Shown piece after piece: positions 39,041 to 52,518 of a DNA stretch of 64,000 nucleotides. The stretch is from Podarcis bocagei. Lineage: Eukaryota. The DNA lies in assembly GCA_964188305.1 (NCBI GenBank), contig OZ076889.1; one strand, 5' to 3'. A model generated the notes under the pieces. It saw only the letters and a list, made by a program, of their open reading frames with translations, was not told where the DNA came from and did not search any database. Each line of letters starts with the position of its first letter. Position 1 is the stretch's first letter. A program made the position numbers and the translations under genes.

Positions 39041-40074
39041 CTTTCAACAACCTGGTTGTGTTTCTAAGCACTGGTTCTGTGGACGGTACTAATTTCTAAG
39101 CACTGGACCAGTGTTGTGAAAGGACTCTCACAGATATAAAACTACAGGTGGAATATTCAAGAGACCCCAAGTGGAATAAGTTTGTACATTTCACTTGACA
39201 GCCACTGAGACAGAGTACGATGTGTCGGACTTAGAGTGAACTTCCTGCTCAGCCAACACATTTGATAGGTGACACTTGGTCTCCCTAACCTATCTGACAG
39301 AATGATTGTAGGGATCAAATGGGATATAAAATCGGTACGAGTGTGGTTGATCACCCAAGCATTTGGCTAAAGTTTCCCCCCTTGCAATGGAGCTGTGGAT
39401 TCAGAAAGGTTGAAAATCACTGCATTATTTGTATGCAGGGACAGAGCAGGTACAAGATGCTGTGGAACTGCTGATCTATCCTCACAGCCAGGATTGTGTG
39501 GTTTCTCCCTGGGATAACTTCTACGCAACCAAGTCATGGACATGCATATGTGTGAATGAGTCCTGAAACCTTTCCACAAAGTTGTCAATCCTTTGGTCAA
39601 TGTGGTAAGATAATCGCTTGATATTGTTTAATGCTTCCTCCAGCGCTGTATTTTGTAGATCTCACTTTGCTAGTCATTGGACACTGACTAAATAAAGTAA
39701 TAAGCAGCAAATGGGAACCAGTTCCTCCTCTCATCTATAATCAGAATTAATTATACAGAGATTTTAAAGAAACTTTTAACAAATTCACCTGCCGGGTCTG
39801 GTTTAATCTCATTTACAATGTAATCAAAATAACTGTGTCATAAAACTCTTAAACGACGGCCACAGCTCTTTATGTGTGATCTAATCACAATGTGTGTCAT
39901 CAGACTGATGTTAGAGGTGACCTGCAAATTGGTAATTATAGGGAACAATCCACTAAAAAGTGGCCCCATTGATTTCAATGGCAGAAATGTTAAACATTGT
40001 CCTTAATGGTCAAATTTGTGTTTTATAGAGAAAACAATACCCATTGCACTTGTTTTCTCTCCTCTCTGCAAAAA

Positions 40075-40500
40075 CCGAGGCTGTTGAAGAGGCAAGAGAC
40101 CATCTTGGCTGTGAATCCTAGAAGAACAGCTGAACTTCTTCCACCTGGCCTTGGGGGGGCAGGGCCCTGACTGACTCCAGCTACAAAAGCTGAGGCTGCT
40201 GAACAGACTCTTGGACTGGGGGGTTGTTTAAGGGGTTTGATGTGTGTGTGTTGCTGTTATTCATATTAATTTTTGCATCTTTACTTTAGTTGTTCTTAGG
40301 ATTTATGTAGACAATGTTCGTATGGTTGTGTATTTTTGGATGTTTTACTTATTGTTTATGACGACATTTGGTATGTTGTAATTATGTGTTTTTCATGTAT
40401 GTATGTTTTGTAGTCATGTATTTTGTTCATGTTGCAAGCTGCCTTGAGCAGCATGGTTTGAACTATGGAAAGGTGGCATACAAATAAAATTATGTATGTA
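40075..40500 (+). mobile_element. LINE (L2-like) 3' UTR remnant
   Basis: A T/G-rich tract ends in gttgcaagctgccttgag...ggtggcatacaaataaaa, similar to L2-type 3' ends. Confidence 0.45.
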
Positions 40501-41157
40501 TGTTATTTAAATATGGTATTTTGCATACCATTTCATAACATGTAGCTATGATTTCAGCTGGTTTTGTTTGTTTTGTTTTAATGTTGCTTTTTATCTATTC
40601 GGGATGTTAAAAAGTTTTCAGTGACTGGTAATTTTAATGGTGTGTGTGTGTAGATGGGGAGAAAGAAAGAGTATTGAAAGGATAAAAAAATCCCAAATCC
40701 CACATTAATTAAGTGTTTGGATTATACTGTAATGTATTTACCTTCAGATTTTAATTTTATTGGTATTCGAGAACTACCAAGAACATAAAACATAGTCTTC
40801 TTAACATTTTCCCTTGGATTTGTACTTCACCTAAGAGATGCTTGCTGTGGGGTTCAACTGAATGGGCAAGAGAGTAAATTTTAATGTTAAAAGTGGAATT
40901 CCCCCCTTTTTTCAACCAAATATGTGCTTTGATTGAAGACATTAGGCATTCAATCATCCTCAGCAAACAGCTTATACATACTGTGCCCAATTATTCAGGC
41001 CATCTAGATTACAATAAGTAATAGGAAATACCAGGATGTTCATTATCTTCAGATCCAAATACCACTGTGTTGGAGAATCTCAAAACCACAATGTTAGAAG
41101 CAGACTTGGAAATTAGCGAGTAGCAGCAAAATTTGTATTGCTGAATACAAAAAGTTG

Positions 41158-42017
41158 TATTGCCTGGAGGCGGATGGAGGATGGATGGCGGCTAATGGAT
41201 TGAGGTTGAATCCTGACAAGACAGAAGTACTGTTTTGGGGGGACAGGGGGCAGGCTGGTGTGGAGGACTCCCTGGTCCTGAATAGGGTAACTGTGCCCCT
41301 GAAGGACCAGGTACGTAGCCTGGGAGTCATTTTGGACTCACAGCTGTCCATGGAGGCGCAGGTCAATTCTGTATCCAGGGCAGCTGTCTACCAACTCCAC
41401 CTGGTACGCAGGCTGAGACCCTACCTGCCCGCGGACTGTCTCGCCAGAGTGGTGCATGCTCTAGTTATCTCCCGCTTGGACTGCTGCAATGCGCTCTACG
41501 TGGGGCTACCTTTGAAGGTGACTCGGAAACTACAGCTAATCCAGAATGCGGCAGCTAGACTGGTGACTGGGGGCGGCCACCGAGACCACATAACACCGGT
41601 CTTGAAAGATCTACATTGGCTCCCAGTACATTTCCAAGCACAATTCAAAGTGCTGGTGTTGACCTTTAAAGCCCTAAACAGCCTCGGCCCAGTATACCTG
41701 AAGGAGCGTCTCCACCCCCATCGTTCTGCCCGGACGCTGAGGTCCAGCGCCGAGGGCCTTCTGGCGGTTCCCTCATTGCGAGAAGCAAAGCTACAGGGAA
41801 CCAGGCAGAGGGCCTTTTCGGTAGTGGCGCCCGCCCTGTGGAACGCCCTCCCATCAGATGTCAAAACGATAAACAACTACCTGACATTCAGAAGACATCT
41901 TAAGGCAGCCCTGTTCAGGGAAGTTTTTAATGTATGATATTTTAGTGTTTTTTGGTTTCTATGGAAGCCACCCAGAGTGGCTGGGGAAACCCAGCCAGAT
42001 GGGCGGGGTACAAATAA

Positions 42018-42018
<1 letters not shown>
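41158..42018 (+). mobile_element. L2 LINE, 5'-truncated, with an open 260-aa ORF2 C-terminus and 3' UTR
   Basis: WMAANGLRLNPDKTEVL...SLGVILDSQLSM...LVISRLDCCNALYVGLP...LQLIQNAAARLV...LHWLPV. The tail gggcggggtacaaataaa is followed by (TAT)n. Confidence 0.96.
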
Positions 42019-42070
<52 letters not shown>

Positions 42071-42077
42071 CATTATG
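42019..42077. repeat. (TTA)n microsatellite at the L2 tail
   Basis: Simple repeat. Confidence 0.96.
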
Positions 42078-42297
42078 TATTGCTAAAAATAGGCTGGCTG
42101 GCAGGGTGAGTGCAGGGCAACAATGCAACAACAATTATAGACTGGTTTAACAGGAGTTAGACTATTGTAATGTTGACCAAACTGACAGAAACACCAATCA
42201 AATGGGGTCAAAGGAAGATTGTCTCTTCCTTCGGATTGACAAATTTCAAGAAAGCATTAATCTGTATAATATCTTTGTTTTTATACATATGTATGTA

Positions 42298-42830
42298 TAG
42301 GGTTGTGAAGAGAATCAGAACTTACAGGGTTAAACAGTTCTGAGTGACGTCTCACATTCTGAGGCGTGGTTATGTTCACATACGGGAGTGGTTTCTCTGT
42401 GTGTGTGTCTTCTTTCGGGTTTGACTGAGAGGCGAAAGATGTGTGCTATTTCGCCGGGATGATTTAAGATGTTTTGCTACACGATTAAGGACTGTTGGAG
42501 ATAAGCAACAAGCCTGCGTACAGTCTGATTTATTACACACACATTGCAACAGTTTCTACCGCTGCGGAGACTCTGCTGAAGGACGCTGACGGTGAGCTAC
42601 GCACAGGAGTCCAGTGTGGCGCAGCAGAATGTGCCGGACGCCATCATCAAGCCACAGGTTATTTTTTGGCTACTTTTAAGAAGATCAGCAAAGCAAAAAA
42701 AGAACCCACTTACCATATGTCTTGGTTTTCCTGGACATTTAGAATGGACATAACAAATTCCACTTGGATGCCATTTTAGGGATCAAAATCCTGGCAACAG
42801 CCTGGATTTTCCAGACATATGGCAGCCCTA
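42298..42830. mobile_element. hAT-type element with an LTR-like internal segment (about 42304-42656)
   Basis: Ends tagggttg / tatggcagcccta with 8-bp TSD tgtatgta. The inner CpG-rich segment is bounded by TGT...ACA. Confidence 0.65.
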
Positions 42831-44404
42831 TGTATGTATAATTGGTGATATCAAGAATAGGCAGCATTCAACTCATTTCCAACAATGTATGAATTTATGT
42901 TTGCAAAGTTGAACTTTCCATTGTGCATGCAAGTGGATGCATAAAAACTGACTCCTTTTGGAATAAAGCAGACCCATTAGATTGATTCAAAACTTCACTT
43001 GCAGAACATTCTTCAAAACAAAACAAAAAACTGTAGATGATACATCCAAACAGCTGTACAATATCTTGTGCATTTCCAGGACAGGCTCAGCATCTTACAA
43101 TAAATAAAATAAAATCAGAGCTGACAAACATAGCCCCCCTTCTTACACGCTCCATTAGCCCGCATTTCAGCCCCAAGGCCATGCAGCTTCTTAGAGAGCC
43201 ATCTTACTTCCACTGATGTCTGAGAACAAAGATTATACCCACCACCCTTCCAAGATGGCGAATCTGCAATTCAATGGCCTCTCATGTGATCTAAAGTTAA
43301 ACATTCATCAAAGCTAGCAGAGGAGGATAACAGTTAATTATCAACTAGTCAGAGCTTAAAGAGCTCTCAGCATGTTGCCATGGGAAACCCCCAAAGTTAG
43401 CAATACACATTTAACCATTCTCCATTTCATTGTCAAGTAAACAATTATACAAGTTCCTCCAAAACTTTGGAGAAAATTTGGGGAGGGTGTGGGACATCTA
43501 GAATGAGATTGGGAGTGGAGTTCCATATAAATCCTTGCACTGATGGAGTGAGCTAGTTGGGTAGTGCCCAATGTATTTTCTTTTAGAAAAAAACAACACA
43601 TATTTTTTACAAAGAAACACCCACAGATGCAAATCTGATTTTTGCCTGTTAATTAATCCACATTTAAATTGCCAGAGTATTTCACAGCATACCCAAAAAG
43701 GGGAATAGGAGGTTATATTACTCAACATTATAATGACCTGACTGGAGACTGGAAAATACACTAAGATAGGAAGCCTTCCAGGTATCTAGTGATGTTTTAG
43801 CGCTGTAAGTAATACACCCTGAATTCAGTACATTGCTTGCTGGAGGGCAGCGTACATGATCATCCATTAGAAATAAGAAAGTTTAAAGGTATGGTGTCAG
43901 TATATTTGAAATTTTGATGTAGCTGTAGGAGGTTTTCTTGCAGAAGCCACTCTACCCTGAACTTGTATCCGATTGGGGTACATCAGTGCAGGTTGCAAAA
44001 GAATGAGGGGACGAAAAAAAAAAAGATGTTTACTTAAAGAATGTGTCCCTTCAGTGACTCCATCAGACTTGGTAAATGTCACCTTCTATCAAAATCACAG
44101 TTGCAACACAAAGCAAATGCTCTGGTATCCAAACGAAGAAATTAGAATTGGAGATAATAAAAAGAACCATGTGTCTAGGAAGTGAATAGTAAAAGTTACA
44201 CACGAATCCTATAACAAGGGGGTGTTTTAGTCAGAATGACTGAATTTTAGAATCTGTTTATTTAGTCCCTGGGCAGCAAGTAGAAGCACAAGAGAGGGTG
44301 GGCTTGTGTGCATTAGAGGTAGAGAGCAACCTGTTCTTCCACAATACAAATTAGAGAACTATCCTGGTGTGCAAACAAACTGGGTCATTGATTCAGAACA
44401 TATA

Positions 44405-44584
44405 CCGTATTTACTTGAATATAATGCACACTTTTTTTGGCCAAATTCAATTGCAAAAATTAGGGTACGCATTAGATTTCTTGATGCATTCACATTCGCC
44501 AGCAAATGCGTTTTTTGGTTTCAAGGTTTTGAAAATTGAGGTGTGCATCAGATTAGATGGTACACTAGATTTGTGTAAATACAG
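44405..44584. mobile_element. Tc1/mariner-type MITE
   Basis: TIRs ccgtatttac / gtaaatacag with TA flanks. Confidence 0.75.
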
Positions 44585-45239
44585 TAGGATAACCCCATAT
44601 TTTTTATTCAGTTTTCTTTTGGTAAATATTACCATTCCTTGGATGGTTTACATTATTCTCAATGTTGTATTTATGTTGTATCCCCCACCTTCCAGACTTT
44701 CCAGTGAAGGGTGTGTGATCATCATCACCATCATCATCGGGGCTTTTTTTCAAGAAAAGTATGTGTTGGAACTCACCATGAAGTTGTTATAGTATGTCAT
44801 CGGGTGACTTGGGGCAGCCCTGAACAAATGCCTGGTTGACAACAGCCATGTTTAGCAGAGGTGCTAAAAACTAGGGCAAGTTTGCTTAGCTAGGTTGCCC
44901 TTGGTTCTGGTGCAGGTCAAATAAATGTGCCCCCACATGCCTCATTTTCTAAGATTCCAGCAGATGACTGGGGCTGCTTTGAAGGGAACTTGCAGAAATA
45001 TGTGTCTATTGTAGAGGCCTGGCTGGAAAGCTTAAAGCCCGCCACTGCTACATGGGAGATGGATTGAAGAAAAGGAAATACAAATTGGCCCTACCCCATA
45101 GCTTGACCAATCACGGCTGGGAGTCATAGACTTGCACATGCTGGCCAGCTTCCATTTTGATTTCAAATGTTCATTTTGGGGTTCTCAGAAGTATGTAAAG
45201 GCAAGAAGCAGGCTGAGAGAGTGCCTAATAATAATAATA

Positions 45240-45619
45240 GGTAAAAGGTAAAGGACCCCTGGACGGTTAAGTCCAGTCAAAGGCAACTATGGGGTTGCAG
45301 CGCTCATCTTGCTTTCAGGCTAAGGGAGCTGGCGTTTGTCCACAGACAGCTTTCCGGGTCATGTGGCCAGCAGGGCTAAACCACTTCTGGCGCAACAAAA
45401 CATTGTGATGGAAACCAGAGCACACGGAAACACCATTTACCTTTGTGCCGCAGCGGAACCTATTTATCCACTCACACTGGTGTGCTTTCAAACTGCTAGG
45501 TTGGCAGGAGCTGGGACAGAGCAATGGGAGCTCACACCATTGTGGGGATTCAAACCGCCAACCTTCTGATCAGCAAGCCCAAGAGGCTCAGTGGTTTAGA
45601 CCACAGGGCCACCCGTGTC
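45240..45619 (-). mobile_element. Sauria SINE
   Basis: ggtaaaaggtaaagg tail and body matching the other copies; flanked by (AAT)n on both sides. Confidence 0.92.

Positions 45620-45667
<48 letters not shown>
45620..45667. repeat. (AAT)n microsatellite
   Basis: Simple repeat. Confidence 0.96.
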
Positions 45668-45668
<1 letters not shown>

Positions 45669-47391
45669 CTGAGTGAGCATCTTAGGTGTAATTTGGTGGG
45701 AACTGTCTTGCCTTCACTAAGCTCAAGGCTCCCTGGGAGAAAGGATTAAAGTGCAGTGCTTACTTGAGGAGCCAGGTCACATCTACAATGGCAAAACTTG
45801 GGCAACTTTGGCCCTCCATGTGTTGCTGGACAACAGCTCCCATCAGCCCTAGGAAGCATGGCAGATATGATGGGAGTATAGTTCAGCAACCTCTGCAGGG
45901 GCAAAGGTTCCTTAAACCTGCACTAGGGCACCCCTATGCTAAGAGGCCCCTGAAGTTTGGCTCTGGTCCTCATCATCACCCTTCAATGCACACCTGAAGA
46001 AGACTGGAATGGTAAGCATCACGTACAACAGACATACAGCATTCATCATCCTCTATCCTGTAGGCTTCTTAATATTTAATCGGTTAATGTACTCTGGTGA
46101 TTTGGACTTGATATAACTGAAATGTGTGTTTTCGGGATGACAGAGCTATAAGCTATTAAACCAGAAACGCTAGTCTTTTAATTCTCCTCCACCATCTGTA
46201 ATGGAGTGGTAGTCTGGCAACAGAATTGTGACTGAGAAACCATTCCTCTGAGACCATTCACCATTTGTGTCGGTGTTCAATACAGTATAATATTATTCCC
46301 TAGATAATGGGGTTTCGTTGCTTAGCAACAGGTTCTACATGTGTGGTGGAGAGGCACCTTCTAATTTAGATATAGGTTCAAAATAATATTATTAGCAAAT
46401 ACAAATAATCGTCGATGCTATTGCCAAAGACCCAGAAGCAGAGAAGAATTTTTTTAAAAATGCAGACTAATCCTTAGCTTGCGGCACATAAGAAGTGGAG
46501 GTGCTAACCATTTGAATGTAACGGCACCTGACAGAACAATGGATCTGAAAGAGGGCAACACAAATACAATGAGTGGATTACACGCATACATACACACACA
46601 ACAAAACTTGTGGCGATAATATCAGTAGTGAGGGTGGAAACTCAAGGTTTCACACTGAAAATAGGATCTGACAGATTGAATATAAGATAAAAGCAGTATA
46701 ATACATTCCTCGTGGTCAGTTCCTGTTAGTGCGCAAGCAACCTCTCCTCAATGGCCACATTTATTTATTTATTATTTATTTATAAAATATATACTGCTTT
46801 ATCGCCAAAATGTATCAAAGCACTTTACAACAGTAAAAATAAGATGAAACCAGACGATAAAAGCATTGTTAAAAACAGGTTTTAAAACAGCGAATCTAAA
46901 AACAAAAATGAACCCTATAACCACCAAACTCCACAAAAGATTGGTAACCCATTGTGAGGGTTGTACTCTTAATTGCCTGCATAGGCCTGACAGAATATAA
47001 TAGTTTCCAGCAGGTACTTAAGAATGGGCACAGAAGATGCCAGGATTTAAGACCCACGATGCATTCTGAACATAGGAGAGGTAAACAATGCTTCTCCCTC
47101 TCTGAGCAAGCATTGTGGTGGCTGATATAGATGTTTTCCCCCTTCAACATTAATGGGAGTAGCTGCTGAGTGGAATGCCAACAAGATTTTGTGGCCTTGC
47201 CTTTGTTTCTGCCCTTTTTGTGTTGTATGCCTCACACATCCCAGGGCAGCCATTTTGTGCCAGCTACCCATGATACATTCAAAAAAATTCCAAATTTGCA
47301 CGCTGCACCCTCCCCTACTGACCATATTCAAGGTCTTGCTCTCTATATAATATCCTGAACAACTTGAAACCAGGGTATTGGAAAGACTGTC

Positions 47392-47742
47392 TGCCCCATT
47401 TCTCCAATGAAAATAGGGACGTCCTATTCCATAATGATAATTTTACTATTTATACCCCTCACATTTTACTGGGTTGCCCCAGCCACTCTGGCCAGCTTCC
47501 AACATAAAGGGTTGCCATATTTCAAAAAGTAAAATTCCTGACACTCACAAAATTGTTGAGCTTTCTTTGGGAACAAAGCAAAATTGTTGAGTTTTGGGAG
47601 CTGTTTCCATTGCTTTTTCCATCACATTTCCGGGTTTCCCCTGACATTTTGCCTGTTTGGTAAAATTTCCTGCTGACGCCATTTTTACAACAGAAAACCA
47701 GGACATGCCAGGAATTTTCCGATGGCAGTTCCCTGACACTAT
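47392..47742. mobile_element. hAT-like and L2-tail composite remnant plus an agggttgccata-type MITE
   Basis: ctccaatgaaaatagggacgtcc is followed by an L2-tail-like cccagccactctggccagcttccaac, then agggttgccatatttc. Confidence 0.55.
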
Positions 47743-50700
47743 GTATCTAGGGAATAGTGATTTATTATTATTTTTGTGATTTATTATTATTTTTTAGAGA
47801 AAGAGTCAGTATTCTCACACCCTCCTCTGTGAAAAACTAAACAAAGAAAAGAAGCTTAGGATGAGTGAAGATAAAACCACTGATATGTATTTTTTAATAA
47901 GAATCATTTAGTTTTGTCAGGATTATAAAGAGCAGATTTAGAGAATGGAGCTTGGCAAGGAGAGAGGGAAGAAAGAGAACAAAAGCAAAGGTGGACATCA
48001 GGTCTGCATGGCTAGTGACCTTCAAGCCATGTATGGTGATCACGAGGGGTTCTGGTTTTGCTGTGTCCTTCTTTAAAAATACTGAGCTGGAGGGGATGAT
48101 ACCAAGCATCTGAAAGGTTCAAAACATGATTGGTGGTCATTGCTTGGTAAGTTGGGCCAGAAAATGTGAAAATAATCTGGCAACTGGTCCACAACTTCCA
48201 TCAGAAACTCTGATGGGTTTATTTAAAACACAAGCATTGGCCATGGCATGTCTCCATGTACCTAGCACAAGCTCTTCTGCATCATCCAGTAAGTTCTCAA
48301 AGAGTTTTCTTTTGCCTGACAAATTGATGTCAGCTGCAACAGTTTGAGGCAATAAGAGAACATTGTTCAAGAACAATTCAGGCCATTGGTTCATCTAGCC
48401 TAGGGCTCTACTCCAAGTAGTAGCGATCCTCAAAGGTGTCCAGCAGAGGTCTCAAGGAACAGGAGAAGCTGCCAAGTCAGACCAGTTGTTCACCTAGTTC
48501 AGTACTGTGTAGACCACAGGTAGCCAACTTGATATACTCCACATATTGTTGGACTTTAGCCCCAACCAACATGACCAATCATCAATGGTAGTCCAAAAAC
48601 ATCTGGAGGACACCACATTTCTTACCCCTGACCTACACTGATGGTAGCAGCTCTCCAGGGATTCAGTCCTCCATGAGTCAACCCTTGTGCACACCTTAAG
48701 GTTCATTTCTTTTGGCTCCACTCTTAATTCAGCCTAATTTTCCTGCTCAAGGAACATAACATTTAACTTTCTCCTGATCCCCTGCATTCACAACCAACAT
48801 TTCCTTGCTCCTCATAAAACAATCTCGCCAGTTATTACCACTTGCCTGGCTTCTAATATTGCCCTGCGATTCTGGATCCCTAAATCGGCCTCCATCAGTT
48901 CATACCCAGAAATGTCTGTGTTCCAGTTCAATAATTTTTTATTTGTTTAAAGCCAATTGTCACCGCAAAAGGGAGGATCGGAAACATAGATAGTCCACAC
49001 GTGCCGCTTAAACTTATCCTGATCTTCCAAGTTGCAAAACTGATCTTGCCAAGATACCAGCTACTCTCAGGTTTCTTATACAGCCCAGAGAAATGAGCGG
49101 TGAGCTGAAATCTATGTATCGTTTTAATGAATCATCCTGGTGTTCAATAATAAAGCAGTATACGTTTACAAAGCACACCTCACACAAAGATCTCATAAGA
49201 TTACATGATGTCTTATTACAGTGTGACATACACATTTTACAGATGGTGTGCCTAAGGCAAGTACAGTTGAGTGAATAGTTCTAAAGAGCTTTGCATAGCA
49301 GATCTGGAAGAAATGTTACATTTCAGCTCCCTAGTTTTCCAACTTACCAAGTAGATATACTTAATAGAGTAACAAATAGTCATACTTCTACAAAACACCA
49401 CTTAATCCAACAGTCAGAATCTATTTTCTAGCACCAGCTGCTCTTTGATTGCTAAACACATTCATTTGACAATGGGAGATGTCTGACAAGGATCCGACGG
49501 AATGGAAATAAACTTTTGCTCAAAACTACTGAAACCTAAACTGCAACCTGCTCTAATGTTCAAAATATCCCACTAGAGCATTTCCCCTTCTGTCCTAATT
49601 GCTGCAGGAAACATGGACCTGTCAACCTGAAGACAATTTCAGAAGAACTTACTGGATGCAAGGCAAATGCAAATTTCAAACAGTGGATGCACTAACAAGT
49701 ACAACTTCTAATGACTTTAGTTTCCTTTATGAAGACAAATACCACAACCTTAAGTTTCAACGAGGAGACAGGACTACCCCAAAGGTGCTGTGAGGAAGGA
49801 TTAATAACTGTCTTTTGTAGGGGAGGTAGGACATGGCTACCAGTTGCCTTGTCTTCCTTGAATTTGCCTAATCCTTTTAAAAAATCCATCCAAGTTGCTA
49901 GACATCACTACGTCTTGTGATAGCAAATTCCATAGTTCAACTTTCTTTTGCCTGTCCAGAATTTTCTAGCCCTTAACTTCATGAGATTCATTTGTAGAGA
50001 CACACCCCATACACACACCAGAAGTCTCTGTAACATTAACACACATACACACACCATTGATAAGGCAATAATTTCACTGCTAACCATATAAGCTTAATGT
50101 AGAAAATATAATACCTTCAAGTTTAACCTATCAATAAAAGTTCATATTCTCACACCCCCAAATCATAAAAGAAAGCATTCAGATCAGGAGTGAACAGCAT
50201 TTACAGTATCTCATAATACTGAAATATTTCCCAGCTATAATTTTCACATTCACTTCTCTCAAAGAAGAAAATAAGGAGAAGGCTTAGAATACTTGTGGAT
50301 AAAACCATTTCAGACCCTCCCTCCCCTGCCCTTTGTAAAAGGGAAGTCATTCAACACAGCTGGGTTTTTGCATAGTGCAAATTAATAAAATGGAACAAAC
50401 CAGGCCTACATAAATCAAACTTTCAGATTAAAGGATTTTACCGAATGAATACTCTCTCTCTCCCTCTCGATATATATATCTATAATAGAAGTGCAGGAAA
50501 GCTCTTCGTATCATGAATGCTACACTTTGGAGCAACTGAAAGAAAGGAGGGGGGGAAACATTTCACTGATTAAAAGTTTGAGGATTAATCTATTTGATGT
50601 AGTTGTCATATTTTTCACAGTTCTGGCAGAGGGAGGATTTAGTTCCAACAAAAGCTTTTTGTCCTACTCATAATAGATCAAAAGGAAACATTGGGAAGGG

Positions 50701-51030
50701 AGGATTGCATGCTTTGTCCCCCTCCCAACCTTTCAGCTCTGTTTGTAAAGGTAACTTGGAGTCAATAGACTCCCAAATCATGTAGCACTTAACTCAAAAG
50801 GTTATTTCAATTAAATTTACTAAGGAAAGACAATGTCAGTGCAAACTAGTGCCTTGCTGAAAATTTCTCTTGTGCCCACCCCCAGCTATACTCCTTGAAC
50901 TAATGAGAAAAATAATTTGCATTTCAAAACTATCAGCGGAGAGAGGAAACTTTGGTGAAATTTTCATGGTGCGGGGAGGAAGAAATGGGGAAAAATACAA
51001 TCTACTATTGCCCCCACACCTGCAGTTAAA

Positions 51031-51144
51031 AGCAGGTGTTTTGGGACTACAACTCCCATCATCCCTAGCTAACAGGACCAGTGGTCAGGGGTGATAGGAG
51101 TTGTAGTCCCAAAACATCTGGAGGGCCGAGTTTCCCTATGCCTG
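51031..51144. mobile_element. Partial hAT-type MITE (10610/26363 family)
   Basis: gggactacaactcccatcatccctagctaacaggaccagtggtcaggg core; right end ...ctatgcctg. Confidence 0.75.
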
Positions 51145-51579
51145 ATATATGGGAATAATATACTATTGTACAGCTCAACTATTTGTGTACACAGGTATAC
51201 AGATTGCAGTACACTCTTTGAATGTAGCATATGATCCCACCCCCCTTGTGCTAAATGTTACTCTTAGGTCTCAGTTGCCATCTGGTTTCCCCTTTTATAA
51301 ACTGACTCATGCCTTGCTTCAGATTTCAGCTCATCATTGTCACGGAATTTATAGCCAGAACCTATAAATGGAATTCTGACAGGAAGTGTTGACAGAGTAT
51401 GTATGGCCCAAAAGATTTCAGCGAAATTGTTCTCTAGGTTATGAAAAGCAAAAAGGCATAAAAGAAAGATAAGGAAAAATGAAAGGGTGTATCATTGCTT
51501 GTGTCTAAATGCAATTAGAAGTAAGGTTTCTCTTTACACTTAAGGGATGTTCACTTAAATGGCTCAGAACCGCAATACC

Positions 51580-51975
51580 TCAAGGGCCGCCTCTTTCCAT
51601 ATGAACCTACCCGGACCCCGAGATCATCTTCTAAGGCCCTCCTTTGTGTGCCTCCTCCTCAAGAGGTCCGGAGGGTTGCAACCCTTCTCTGGAGTGGCTC
51701 CCCATCTGTGGAATGCTCTCCCTAGTGAAGTTCACCTGGCACCTTCATTATACACCTTTAGGTGCTAGGCAAAAACGTTCCTTTTTAACCAAGCCTTTGG
51801 TTGATCTTATTTACATCCTATGCCCTTTTAGAATGTGTTTTGTATGGGGAGGGGTCTATTGGGTTATTGCTTTTATTTTTATTGTGTATTTTGCGGTTTT
51901 AAATCTTGAGCTTATTTTGGGAACCGTCCTAAGACTGCCGTGTATAGGGCGGTATATAAATTCAATTGACAATGA
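51580..51975 (+). mobile_element. L2-like LINE 3' fragment
   Basis: Encodes ...VAPHLWNALPSEV...FR. The tail is gggcggtatataaatt. Confidence 0.75.
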
Positions 51976-52062
51976 TAATGATAATACATATGTGAGAAGG
52001 TTAGCAGCACATCCTAGTCCCAACCCCAACACAGATGCATGGCCTAGCCATATCCCTCTAGT

Positions 52063-52270
52063 CAGTGCTATTTTTCTGGGGGGACGCAGGCGGACACATA
52101 CCCCTAAACATTTTGTGAATCTTTGTACTTTTGTCCATTTATTGTATTTCTTTTCCCCAATTTGAACTATAAAATGGTGATTTTCTGCATCACAGGGAGG
52201 AGGGGCCAGTTGCTTAAATAGGAGGTGAAATGAGAGTACTCCTAAACATTTTATAAGAAAAAAAGCACTG
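52063..52270. mobile_element. hAT-type MITE
   Basis: TIRs cagtgctattttt / aaaaaagcactg with TSD cctctagt/cttctagt. Confidence 0.85.
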
Positions 52271-52289
52271 CTTCTAGTCACAACAGGTA

Positions 52290-52518
52290 CAGTGGTACCT
52301 CAGGTTACAGACGCTTCAGGTTACAGACTCCGCTAACCCAGAAACAGTACCTCGGGTTAAGAACTTTGCTTCAGGATGAGAACAGAAATCGTGCGACGGT
52401 GGCGTGGTGGCAGCAGCGGGAGGCCCCATTAGCTAAAGTGGTGCTTCAGGTTAAGAACAGTTTCAGGTTAAGAATGGACCTCCAGAACGAATTAAGTTCT
52501 TAACCCGAGGTACCTCTG
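52290..52518. mobile_element. Tc1/mariner MITE (30711 family)
   Basis: TIRs cagtggtacctcaggtta / taacccgaggtacctctg with TA flanks. Confidence 0.93.

Noticed and set aside
39061-39106. 14-bp direct repeat tttctaagcactgg around a short spacer (CRISPR-like)
   Set aside because: Only two units in eukaryotic DNA; most likely a small duplication or repair scar.
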